A stretch of DNA of 64,000 nt from NCBI GenBank assembly GCA_963726455.1, contig CAVSCK010000003.1, forward strand, positions 256,001 to 320,000, written 5' to 3'. This document shows positions 53,710 through 64,000 of this stretch, in pieces. Below the pieces are notes generated by a model. It had not been told where the DNA came from. It made no database searches and worked only from the letters and a program-made list of their open reading frames with translations. The stretch's first letter is position 1, and each line of letters opens with the position of its first letter. The stretch comes from an uncultured bacterium (GTDB lineage: Bacteria > Zixibacteria > MSB-5A5 > CAIYYT01). The position numbers and the translations under genes were made by a program.

Positions 53710-54960
53710 ATGCGACAGTCCCGAATTTTCCTAATCATTCCCCTGCTCATTTTCCTGTGTCCTGTTCTGCTGTTGGCTCAAAGCGATACCGGCGACGTAA
53801 TTAGCGAATCCTCGGCTGACAATACCTTCGGCGTCGGCGCCCACAATGTGGCGATGGGCGAGGCGGTTACCGCTTCGGTGCAGGACGGCACGTCACTGAT
53901 TTACAACCCGGCTGGACTGGCACGCATCACGCGCCCGGAATTCTTCATGTCGTTGTCGAACGAAAAAGTCGACAACAATACCAGCGGAGTCCTGACTGAC
54001 GCGCTCAAACAATTTCGCCAAGACTCGGTTTCAATTCACTTACGCTGTCGGTTCCCGTCCCCACCTATCGCGGATCATTCGTACTCGCCTTTGGCGTTAA
54101 CCGCGTCAAGTCTTTTGATCGGACATTTACTTTCGACCGAGGCGGATTCAATTACGAGGAACACGCGCTGGAGACCGGTATGGGCGGTCTTAATGAGTGG
54201 TCGGCTGGCGGCGCCATCGAGTTGTCGCCCAAAATGGCGGTCGGTCTGGCTCTGATCTATTATCACGGCAACGAAGATTATCTCTGGCAATATTCCGTGC
54301 AAGATCTGGGTCCGGTTACGAGGAACGACGATAATATCCAAAGTCATTACTCCGGCGTCGGTCTCCGGCTGGGCATGTTGGTTGAAGCCAACCGCTTTCT
54401 GACTTTCGGTTTTTCGCTCGATTCACCGACGCGATTCAACATCTCGCAGGAGTACACACAGGTTACCTCTGGTAGCGGCGTACCCGATGAAGTCGTCGGC
54501 TCGTATGAATACAAATTGCAGCAACCGTTCATCCTCAATGCCGGGGCGGCGTTTCGATCTGAACAACCTGAGTGTCGAGGGTGACGTCGGCTATACTGAC
54601 TGGTCGCAGTTGGAATATAAGAACGCGGCCGACAAGGCGAATAACCAGATACTGCAAAAGTATTACACTGACGCGCTGCAATTCCGCTTCGGCGGCGAAT
54701 ATGTGCTCGCAAACTTGGGTGCGGTCCTGCGCGCAGGTTTCAAACATGATCCCCTGCCGACTTCGGGGAATTTTGTAGTGAGCCAGATCGAACGGAACCG
54801 CAATTCGTTTTCGTTCGGCGCCGGTTTCCTGATCGACCGGGTTGTCATGCTCGACGTAGCTTACGCGCGCGCCAGCTATAAGATATATGACGGGAAGAGA
54901 CTGCTGACGGAGGACTTCACTTCCGATCGTGTCTACCTGTCGGTCGGCTACCGCATCTGA
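53710..54960 (+). CDS. OmpP1/FadL family outer-membrane protein (split by indels)
   Basis: GAHNVAMGEA..YNPAGLA, YTDWSQ, FRFGGEY, terminal GYRI. Confidence 0.8.
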
Positions 54961-54984
54961 CGAAGTCTGGCCCCCAAGACAAGA

Positions 54985-55015
54985 GTGCCGTCAGGAAGGA
55001 TTCCTGACGGCGCAC
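54985..55015. repeat. REP-like hairpin between convergent genes
   Basis: gtgccgtcaggaaggattcctgacggcgcac; near-identical to 34966-34994. Confidence 0.8.
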
Positions 55016-55038
55016 TTATTTCATCGATATTTGAAAAT

Positions 55039-55785
55039 CTACTTGTCGGGGAAGAACCGTCCCCAGCGCGCGAAGATGTCGTCCAGATAATCCCCCATAT
55101 ATTTCATCACCTTCTGCGCATAGACTTTGCCCTTGGCGACATCAAAATCGGGCTCACCTTTGCCGTCTTTATCGTAGATCAGCACCGATCCCGGCACCGG
55201 CACCACATCCGCGCCGCTGCACATCGTGTAGGCCAGTTGCGAATCGTAGCGATCTTTGACGCCGTACTTCGGGTCAATTGCCATCACGAATCCAGTTTCG
55301 TCGCGCCCGGCATGTCCACCCGGACCGCCGTAGACTTCCGCTGTGATGTCAGCACACAATTCCCACCAGTGCAGGATGGCAACCTTCAATCCAAAATTGA
55401 AGAACGCATCATACGCGGCCTCTTTCAGCATCGCGTTGTTGCCGCCGTGGCCGTTGACGATCACCACGCGGCGAAATTGCTTGTCGTGTAGCGATTGCAG
55501 AATATCGTAGATGTAGTTCTTGAAATGTTCCGGCTTGATCGTAATCGAACCCGCGTAGCCATAAAGCGAGCGCGTGATCCCATAGTTCACGCACGGCGCT
55601 ACAATGGCATTGAATCTTTCCGCGAGATAGTCACCGATGGCAGTGGGAATGATATTGTCGGTTCCGATCGCCGCTGAGCCGTGCGCCTCGACCGTTCCGA
55701 CGGGAAGAAAGATCAGATTGCATTTCGCCGGAACAACTTCCTGCACCTGCTGCCAGATCATCTCCTGCAGCCGATACCAGGTCAT
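55039..55785 (-). CDS. Creatininase family protein
   Basis: PVGTVEAHG..GTD, VNGHGGN, GHAGRDET. Confidence 0.92.
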   Translation of the reverse strand: MTWYRLQEMIWQQVQEVVPAKCNLIFLPVGTVEAHGSAAIGTDNIIPTAIGDYLAERFNAIVAPCVNYGITRSLYGYAGSITIKPEHFKNYIYDILQSLHDKQFRRVVIVNGHGGNNAMLKEAAYDAFFNFGLKVAILHWWELCADITAEVYGGPGGHAGRDETGFVMAIDPKYGVKDRYDSQLAYTMCSGADVVPVPGSVLIYDKDGKGEPDFDVAKGKVYAQKVMKYMGDYLDDIFARWGRFFPDK

Positions 55786-56555
55786 TCGGTTTCCTCGCGC
55801 TGGAACTTTTCGATCAGAGTGTTTAGTACACCCTCAGTGCGCTTGGCCGAGGATTCGTCACCAATGATGCGAAACGCGTTGATATCGCGCACGAGGTATT
55901 CTAGATCCTCCGGCTGGCACAGGTCGTACCAGAGTTCCAGTTCTTCCCAATTCAGGTCGTCTTCACGGGCGACTTCGACGATGCGCGAATAGATTGATTC
56001 GTCCTCCGACCAGTTGATCCGGGTGAACAACTGCGAGATGAACTTGCGCATTCCGATCAAGTAGAAGCTTCCTTCCAGCGTAGGGCCGAAGGCGATGTCT
56101 TTCTTCTTCAGAATCTTATGCGCCGCTTCAAGCATGCGATGGCTGATCGTCGGCGTCACGCAATCGATCAACAATACGTGGCCATACCCGCCGTCAAAGC
56201 ACTTGCGGAAAGTCTCCTGCAACGACGCCGAGAGTCCGCCTTCCGACTGCTCCCAGACCTGAATCGCATTTTGTTCGATTCGCGTCTTGGCCTTGCCCTT
56301 GAGCGACAGCTTCAATTCCGCGATCGCGCCGGCGACAATCTTTTCCGCCTCACCGGCGGACGCCGATATGATTATATCAAAGGAATCAAGGGTCAGGCAG
56401 GCAGTTATGGTATCCTCGAGAAAAGCGCGGTACAACGCGTCGGCATCGCTACTCTCTAGGGTATCGGAAAACTGCGATTGGACGAGTTGCCGATGCTTCT
56501 CTTCGAGAAATATTACCAGGACATTTCTGGTGCAGTCACAAGATTTCGTTGCCAT
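55782..56555 (-). CDS. DUF2064/CofC-like nucleotidyl- or glycosyltransferase-fold protein
   Basis: LYRAFLEDT, FGPTLEGSFYLIGM, WYDL..PEDL. Confidence 0.75.
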   Translation of the reverse strand: MATKSCDCTRNVLVIFLEEKHRQLVQSQFSDTLESSDADALYRAFLEDTITACLTLDSFDIIISASAGEAEKIVAGAIAELKLSLKGKAKTRIEQNAIQVWEQSEGGLSASLQETFRKCFDGGYGHVLLIDCVTPTISHRMLEAAHKILKKKDIAFGPTLEGSFYLIGMRKFISQLFTRINWSEDESIYSRIVEVAREDDLNWEELELWYDLCQPEDLEYLVRDINAFRIIGDESSAKRTEGVLNTLIEKFQREETE

Positions 56556-56688
56556 AGCTGGATCAGATTGTGATTAGTCATTGCTGGCGCAAATATAGGA
56601 CTTCCCCCACAAAAGACAAGCGAATTAAATCACGTACCGATGTTTTTTGAAGTAGGTGTTGACAAACTCGAATGCAGTTGTCAGAAGA

Positions 56689-58622
56689 TTAGCTGACTTT
56701 GCGCATCTCGGCGAGCATGTCCTCCGGAGTCACAACACCCTGCATGATCTTCTTCACGTTCCCGGATGAATCCAGCAGCAGAGTCGTCGGCAATGAATAG
56801 AACTTCAGCCCAAAGCGGCTCATGAAGTCTTTCGTGATCGGAGACGCTGATGTTTCCAGTTGCACTTTGATCGGATAAAAGCGTTTCGCTTCCGCGACGA
56901 TGGCGTCATGGCGAAATGTCGTCTTGTCCAGCACGCGACAGTTGACGCACCAGGTCGCCCAAGTATCAATCAACACCGGCTTGCCGGCACTGCGCGCTTC
57001 CTGCAATCCCTTTTCCAGATCGGTCTTCCAACCAATCGGACTCGCTTCAACTTCGGTTGTCTGCCCGCTTCCCGCCGGCAACCATTCCGACACCGGCGGC
57101 AGGATCAGTCCCGATCGCACCAGTGCGCCCAGTATCAAGATAAGTCGCCACAATCACTGCGAGAATGCCGAGAAATTTCTTTAGTCGTGGGAAAAACTTC
57201 GAATCGGGCGTCAGCTTGTCCAGATCCGCCCCAGAAAACAGCAAACGCGACCAGAATCAGACCGGCCGCTATGGCAGTGATCGACGGCGACAAAATCGTC
57301 CGCAGGAAATAGACCGCCATCAACAACAGCACGAATCCGAAAAACTGTTTTACCGATTCCATCCACATGCCCGAACCGGGCAGCGTGTTGATCGCCGACG
57401 AAAACGTTCCGACGATGACATAGAGCGTTCCCAAGTCCGAGTGCGAACACGAACAGCACTAGGAACCCGATCAATTGGCGATCCACTGGTCGCGATATAC
57501 AAGCAGAATTCCTGCGACGAACGGTCCGACGCAGGGCGACACTACCAGCGCCGCCACCAACACCCAGTATGATTGATCCGCCGATTCCTCCGCCGGATGC
57601 CGTCGCGCCCAGACGTCTGACGCAACCACATCGGCACCTGCAGTTCATAGAGTCCGAACATCGACAACGAGAAGATCACGAAGATCACCGCGATACCGAT
57701 GACCACCGGCGTACTTGCCAGCCACGCGCCGAACACGCCGCCGACCAGGTGCCACAATCAGTCCCATGATTCCATACACGACCGCCATCGAGCCGACATA
57801 GAACAACGACAGCACGAATCCCTTGCCGACGCTGCGCTGCTGTCCCGCGAAAATGCTGACGGTAATCGGAATCATCGGATAGGTGCAGGGCGAGAATGAG
57901 AGCAACAGCCCGGTCACAAACGCCAGTCCCAGCGCCATGAAATATCCCCAGAAACCGTACTTGCTGATCAATCGCTGCAGATCGTTTTGTTCGACACTTG
58001 CGGCAGCCGGTTCACCGGCCGGCTTCGCTTCCGGCTTGGCGGCGGCAAAGACTTCGCTGTTGGCAGCAACACCTTCGACGCCCACCGGTACCTTTAGCTG
58101 CATGTCAATCGTCTGAGGAGCGCGGCATTCTTTATTGTTGCACGGCTGATACGTGAACCTCACCGGCATGACGTATACTCGCCATTCGCAACACCGGCGC
58201 CAACGGCAACGTCAAAGAGCATCACTGCGCTGACCGCTATAGACCGACATCATCTCGTTGATCAGCGAGATTTCCTCGCCGCTCGGATAGGTGATCTTTC
58301 CGGGAGTCAGTTGCGCGGTAGTATCGAATTCCAGTTTCGCTGGAATCAGAAAATCCTGTCGTGGACGCGCTGAATTGATGTGCCAGCCCGCAAGTATATC
58401 AACCACGACCGCCGCGCGATAGGTTGCTCCTGCCTTCGCCGATGTCATCGACAACAGTGGCTTGGCCGTCACCAGTTGTTGATCCGGTTGTTGCCCGGCC
58501 ATACCGCTAAAGGCATCAAATTGCGCAGGAGCAGTCGCCGCCAGCACGACGGCTAGCAGAAGAGCGAGGGCAGTATGTGCGCGGAGATTAATGAGAATTG
58601 ACGAATGCAGGCGATTATTCAT
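56689..58622 (-). CDS. dsbD: Thiol:disulfide interchange protein DsbD (split by indels)
   Basis: GWHINS, YQPCNNKEC, SFSPCTYPMIPI, LPGSGMWM, WATWCVNC. Confidence 0.88.
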
Positions 58623-58663
58623 ACACTGAGTGATACAATAGCAAATTGTGATGGGATCGCAAG

Positions 58664-59676
58664 TTACTTCTCGGCTGAGACGATCAATTTTGGCGGCCGA
58701 GGGCAGTCACCAGCTTTCTCGAAATCAACGTTCTTGGCAATCTCGCTGGCGAGTGCTTCGGCAAAATGCTTGACGAAAATCTGACGGACGTCGACCTGCC
58801 GGGAATCTTTCAGGCGCGCCGGTTCGTGCCCGGTGTTGTCCGTAAACGGCTCCTGCAGCTTTTCGAGATAGACTTTGGTCTTCTCGGACTTCCGTCGCGG
58901 TTGCATTTTCTTGAGTTTGTCCAGAGTAATCTTGGATGTGCCGATTTCTTCAACCTGCAATTTGCCCGACGTTGACCCCGAGATCACGGGACGCGCCGGC
59001 TTTGCTGCCGCCGGGGGCTCACCCTTCATTTCGCGGATAAACCAGTCATAGTCGTGCGGGGATTCAACTTCAACTTTCTCCTCCGCCTGAACCGACTCCA
59101 GATCATACTGATCTTCGGCAAGATCAAGACTTGTCCAGTCGCGGCGGCTCTTCGGTCAGACTCATTGTCCGTTGCTGTCGACAGCATGCTGAGAAAAATC
59201 TTATCGGTTGCGTCCGAAATCTTCTTCTCGAAACTCTTGGCGTCATCGCTCAAGAATACTTTCGATATCCAGCTCTTCTGCCGGCTGTTGCCGGTTTCGG
59301 ACTCGCCAAGTCTTGCAGTATTCTTGTCGATCCGGTTCAGCAGTTCCTGCGGCGAAAACGGTTTGTTCAGCGTATCGCTTGGCGCCAGATCGAATAGTTC
59401 CTGCGTGTCGACCAGTTCCGAACTGCCCAGTAGCATCAGTACCGGCAACTTCTCTTTGGCGCGGTCCTGCCGCAATTCGCGAATGATGAACTGACCGTTA
59501 ACATTCTGCGTAGTCGTGGCAATGACCGCCAGATCGTATTCGGCGCGCTTCAACTCTTCCAGCGCCTTGAGTTCCATCTTGAAACAGGCGACCTCATACC
59601 CGTGCTCGACCAGCAGTTTGCGGCAGACGGATATGATCGTCTCGGAACCGTCCGCCACCAGTATTCGTTTGCCCAA
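58664..59676 (-). CDS. Atypical response-regulator receiver protein with long C-terminal tail (split by indels)
   Basis: KRILVADGS, YDLAVIATT, KPFSPQEL. Confidence 0.75.
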
Positions 59677-59678
59677 TG

Positions 59679-60531
59679 TCAGTCCTTCTTGTCTGAGAGA
59701 TGCTTGGCTGCGTTCTCCAGCACTTTCTTTTCTTTCTCGGAGAGGTTGTCGTAACCTCCCACTTCATTTATTCGGTCGAGTACGCGATCAACTTCATCCA
59801 TAATTTCGATTCGAGCGGTCGATGCTGTTTTCCTGCACTCTGCACCCGACGCTTGAAATCGCCACCTGTCTTAAACGGTCGCAGCAGGAACGACAAACCG
59901 CCAGTCCTGCTTGAGATAAAGATAGCCGATCGCGGCGCCGCCAAGATGGGTAAAATGCGCAATGCCGGTCTGCGACTGACTCCAGGCCGCAAATACACCC
60001 AGCCCGATCATCACCATCACCAGATATTTGACTTTTACCGGAAACAGGAACCAGATGTATACGATTCGATTCGGATAAAGCACCGCGAATGCCACCAGCA
60101 CCGCGAAAATCGCACCCGAAGCGCCGATCGTCGGAACATGGCTGTTGAGCGTCAGCAGGAACGTGATTATGCCCGGCGCCGATGCCGGTCAGATGAAATA
60201 GAACTTGAGAAATTCCCTCGTTCCCCACTGCCGTTCCAGATCGGTGCCGAACATCCAGAGAGTGAGCATGTTGAAGAAGATGTGGAAGAAGCCGCCATGC
60301 AGGAACATGTAAGTCAGCGGCTGCCAGAGAGTGAGCCTGTGAACAATGTCGTAGGGCACCAACCCGAAAAGTCGCGCGCCAATCCGGCAACTGGCATCGC
60401 CATCTGAAGGATGATAGATCAGGGTGTTCGCCACCAGCAGGATACATGATGCCCGGCGTGATTCCCTGCTGCATCCCGAAGGATGACCAACTGCTATTGT
60501 AAGATTGCTGATTTCGATACATGTGCGCCAT
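59679..60531 (-). CDS. Rhomboid intramembrane serine protease (split by indels)
   Basis: WQPLTYMFLHGG..HIFFNM, IGASGA, IAHFTHLGG, C-terminal VDRVLDRIN..YDNLSEKEK. Confidence 0.9.
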
Positions 60532-60740
60532 CTATAAGTAATATCGGAAGACCAACGCAAACATTATAAGCATCTATGGCACGCTTTAGCAAGAAAGAAG
60601 CAAGATTATTGTGGAGGAAGAGCTTAACTCGCGCCTCAGAAGCCCGCCGGAATACTCAATTCTCGTCTTTGCGAGGAGTGTGGGGTGTTTGTGGGATGCG
60701 ATGGCAACTGACGAAGCATCTCGATTCGCACTGTCGAAAA

Positions 60741-61160
60741 TCACCGAATCTTCGGCAATTCCTTGTCGATACAACGATCCTGCAGCACCACCAGTCCCGC
60801 CGCGCTGCGCGCGCAGGCTCCGGCGTCATTTACGACGCCTTCCTGCAGCCAGAGCGCCTTGGCGCCGATTTTGATCGCCTCATCAATTATGGGATCGGTC
60901 TGATCGGAACGGCGGAAGACATCGACGATGTCAACGTCTCCGCCGATTTCGCTCAAACGTTCTTGTAGGCCTTTCGCCCCAAAATCTCGCTTTCCTGCGG
61001 ATTCACCGGAATGATCTTCGTAGCCCCGGTCGATCAGATACTGCGGCCACTCGAATGCGACGGCCGATCGGGATTGGACGACAAGCCGACCACGGCAATC
61101 CGCCGCGCCCGCCGCAGCAGGTCACTGATCTCTGACCGGTGAGGGATTTTGAAAGGCCAT
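60741..61160 (-). CDS. CoA-binding protein, YccU-like (split by indels)
   Basis: IAVVGLSSNPDRPS, VDIVDVFRRS, LWLQEGV, DRC. Confidence 0.88.
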
Positions 61161-61165
61161 CGCAA

Positions 61166-61493
61166 CTATCGCCAGAAACTTGTTGACTTTGTCCTGCAGC
61201 ATCTTCTTCGGCACGGCGCCGATCACCTGATCCTGCACCTTGCCGCCCTTGAAGAAAAGCAACGTCGGAATCGACATGACACTGTACTGCGAAGCCGTCT
61301 TGCTGTTGGAGTCAACATCCACCTTGACGACCTTCAATTTCCCGGTGTACTCGGCCGCAATTTGGTCAAGAACCGGAGCAATCATCTTGCACGGTCCGCA
61401 CCATTCCGCCCAAAAGTCTACGATAACGGGAATATCACTTTGAACTACTTCGGACGCAAAAGTGGCGTCAGAAACTGCTGTGGCATTTGACAT
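61166..61493 (-). CDS. trxA: Thioredoxin
   Basis: VDFWAEWCGPC, SIPTL; SD present; probable indel at the 3' end. Confidence 0.95.
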
Positions 61494-61550
61494 GAATCTT
61501 CTCCTCACTTTCACAATAACTCAACCTGAATGCATAGAACGCTATCTCAT

Positions 61551-63197
61551 TCACTTTTGTTCCAGCATCAGACTTACGCACGAAATTCAATCGGGATACT
61601 GCCGTACGACAACAGGTGGTCGTGGAATTCCTTTAGATTGATATCGCGCACCCTGCTGTCGGCGATAGTCATCCCGCAGTCGTAAGTATTTCCATTTTTC
61701 CGACTATGTAGCTCATTGGTTGCGTTGGCGACTGCGTGTAGCGTCTGACTTCGGCCATCGGCATTTACCCGTTCCAATCTTGGCCGTATCGACCAGCAGG
61801 CTACTGCATCATCAAAACTCATCGTGCCGGTATGCAAGCCGACATCAATCACCACCCGACAGGCGCGCCACAATTGCAGCGCCAACTGCATCAATCGCGT
61901 CTGCGCGTCGGGATAGTAACCGGTCTCGATACATCATCTCTTCGCAGTAGAGCGCCCAGCCCTCGACAAACACCGAGGTGCCGAACAGCTTGCGCACTTC
62001 GGACGCCAGCCGATTGGCGCGCTGCAATTGCAGATGATGCCCCGGATACGCCTCATGCAAAGACACGACCAACGCCTGATAACTGATTGTGTCCGCGCTT
62101 CTGCTGCTCCTGTAATTCCGCCGGTTTGTCGGAATCGATCGGAGTCACCCAGAAGAATCCTTCGTGCTCTGTATCGAACGGTGCGGCTCCCATGTATCCG
62201 GCGTACGGATAGGTCGGCCTTGCAAACGGCGGCGTATTTATGAATGTCAAATCATGTGCCCGCGGAACTGTCACCAGCTTGTGGTCGCTAAGATGCTTGC
62301 GCGCACTCTGAACGAATCCCTGATAGTAGTCCAGGAGATCATCAGTCGGCGGACTCTCGCTCTTGAGTGATTCAATTATTTCGTCCGCGCTCTTCTGCGA
62401 GTCAATTTCCTTCGCCACGAGCTCCATCTTTTTCAGCGTATCGGTAATCACTTCGCTGCCCGAGTTGGTTCAAATCTGTGCACTTATATGACAAGCCGTG
62501 CTGATGCAGCAGCAGTGCGTCAAATTGCTTCTCACCAAAAGCGTACCCATCTGTGGTACGGCTGACAATTCGCTCTCTTAAGAAATTCAGATAATCATTG
62601 CAGGCGGCCGCCGCTATTCGACATGATTCTTCCAGTTCGCGCTGTAACCGTGGCGAGATCCCGCCAAATTCGTTCCCCAATCCACCGAAGAAACCCACGC
62701 CTGATTGCGCAATTTCCTCCCCCATTTCCGCCCAGATTGCCGGAACTCCCGGCTGGTCATCGAGATTTCTTTTCGCCTCGGCAAACAGTCCCGGCACTCG
62801 GCGCAACCGCCCGGCCAGACTCGCAGCACGCAATTCTTTGGTGCGAAGTCACGTAGCACGAGCAAATAGCAGCCATACATTGCCAGTTCCAGCGGCACGC
62901 AGGGGTCGCGCTGCCACCGACAATAATCCTCCTCAAGAAGCAATTCGGATCTCAGCGCGCCGATCAAGAATGTGATGATCAAGCCACTCCTCCCCCTTCT
63001 TCGCGATTGTCGAACGCATTTCCTCGAGCTCATTTACGAATGCGCGCAGCTTGCTGCGAGCGCTCGGTGCGAAAATCAGGACTCAATGAATCCAGCAGAT
63101 GATCATACTGATGGACACCAACCGATGTAGCTACGACAGGGGATGATTCCAGATAATATCGAATAACTCGGTCAGCAGCTTTACTGAATTCCGACAA
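61551..63197 (-). CDS. DUF885 family protein (split by indels)
   Basis: LHEAYPGHHLQ, FVEGWALYCE, LWRACRVVIDVGLH, FHDHLLSYGS. Confidence 0.88.
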
Positions 63198-63318
63198 GGT
63201 TGCGTCTCCCGGTGCGCCATATTAGCACGTTTTTGTTTCCGCGCAATCAATTTTGCGACCGAATCCAACCCCCGTTAGCGCTTCAACTTTCGACTCTAAC
63301 GCATTTATGTACAATAAG

Positions 63319-64000
63319 TTACGTCTGAGTCAGTTGCAGTCGGCGGCGGCGCACATACGATATGCCCGTTCCGACGCAGATCATCACCACTCCCAGCCAG
63401 ACCAAATTGATCAGCGGCTTCTTGGATACTTCGAGAATCAGCAAATCCATCACCTCCATGCCCGGCACGCCTGAAAACGTCAGCGAACTTTGCCGTCATC
63501 CGCCCTGACTTCCTGAAGCATCACGCTGCCGTCGCCGTTGGGCAGGTCGGCCTTGAGGAACCTCTTACCCTGGTCGGTGAATGTCATCTTCGGTACAACC
63601 TCTTGGTCGTCTCGACTGCCCGGTGACTTCCAGTACTGCGCCAACCTGCATGTCACCCGATTCGCCATGATCTGCCCATGTCGAAGTTGGCGAACTTCAC
63701 GCCATAGTCACCCATCTTGCCGCTCTCGCCTTTGCCGAGAATCAACTGATTTCCTTCACCGACGGTTTGCTGTTCCTGCGGCGACAGATAGAGGTCATAG
63801 AACAGATACTTGCGAATGTACGGTTTGCGCATCAGCCCTTGATTTTCTTTGGCAATGAACAGCTTCGGATCGGCCTCGAAAATCGTCCCCTGGTCATCAA
63901 CTTCCAGCTTGGCCGCATTGTCCTTGGTGTTCATGTCTCCGGCCATGCCCTTGTAGGCAATCTTGTATTGGAAAGCCGGTGTCGGCTTCCTGACCGGCGA
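63319..64000 (-). CDS. Cytochrome c biogenesis heme lyase CcmF-like, C-terminal part (split by indels)
   Basis: RKPYIRKYLFYDLYLSP; KKPLINLVWLG. Confidence 0.75.

Noticed and set aside
60577-60591. Sigma54 promoter TGGCACGCTTTAGCA
   Set aside because: GG-to-GC spacing is 9 nt rather than 10, and it points away from the adjacent gene start.

Overview
A 64 kb bacterial window of moderately high GC, mostly minus-strand housekeeping and envelope genes. Gene content (SprA, PorV/PorQ-like barrel, CTD-tagged lamin-tail protein, DUF1844, CcmF) suggests a diderm FCB-superphylum lineage such as Zixibacteria; this is an inference. Many essential genes (murB, recG, rnr, mreB, ETF-QO, pyrRBC, dsbD, ccmF) are split by scattered 1-bp indels, best read as long-read assembly error. 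Also present: tRNA-Pro(UGG), a PyrR RNA element, two sigma54-type promoters, two ECF sigma/anti-sigma pairs, and four families of REP-like palindromes including a 10x56-bp tandem array. Two AT-richer insertions stand out. One is a wHTH plus wHTH-HEPN (RxxxxH) gene pair bracketed by REP clusters with a structured non-coding region downstream, a candidate new defence or toxin-antitoxin system. The other is a large RhuM-like DNA-binding protein plus Doc-type Fic toxin with a divergent unannotated 35-aa basic microprotein. Other leads: a candidate sigma28-type small RNA, a sigma54-driven degenerate RNase H, a barrel/CxxCH-lipoprotein/barrel operon, and a GT2 with an Arg/Asp-rich tail. No database searches were run; all family calls come from motif recognition.
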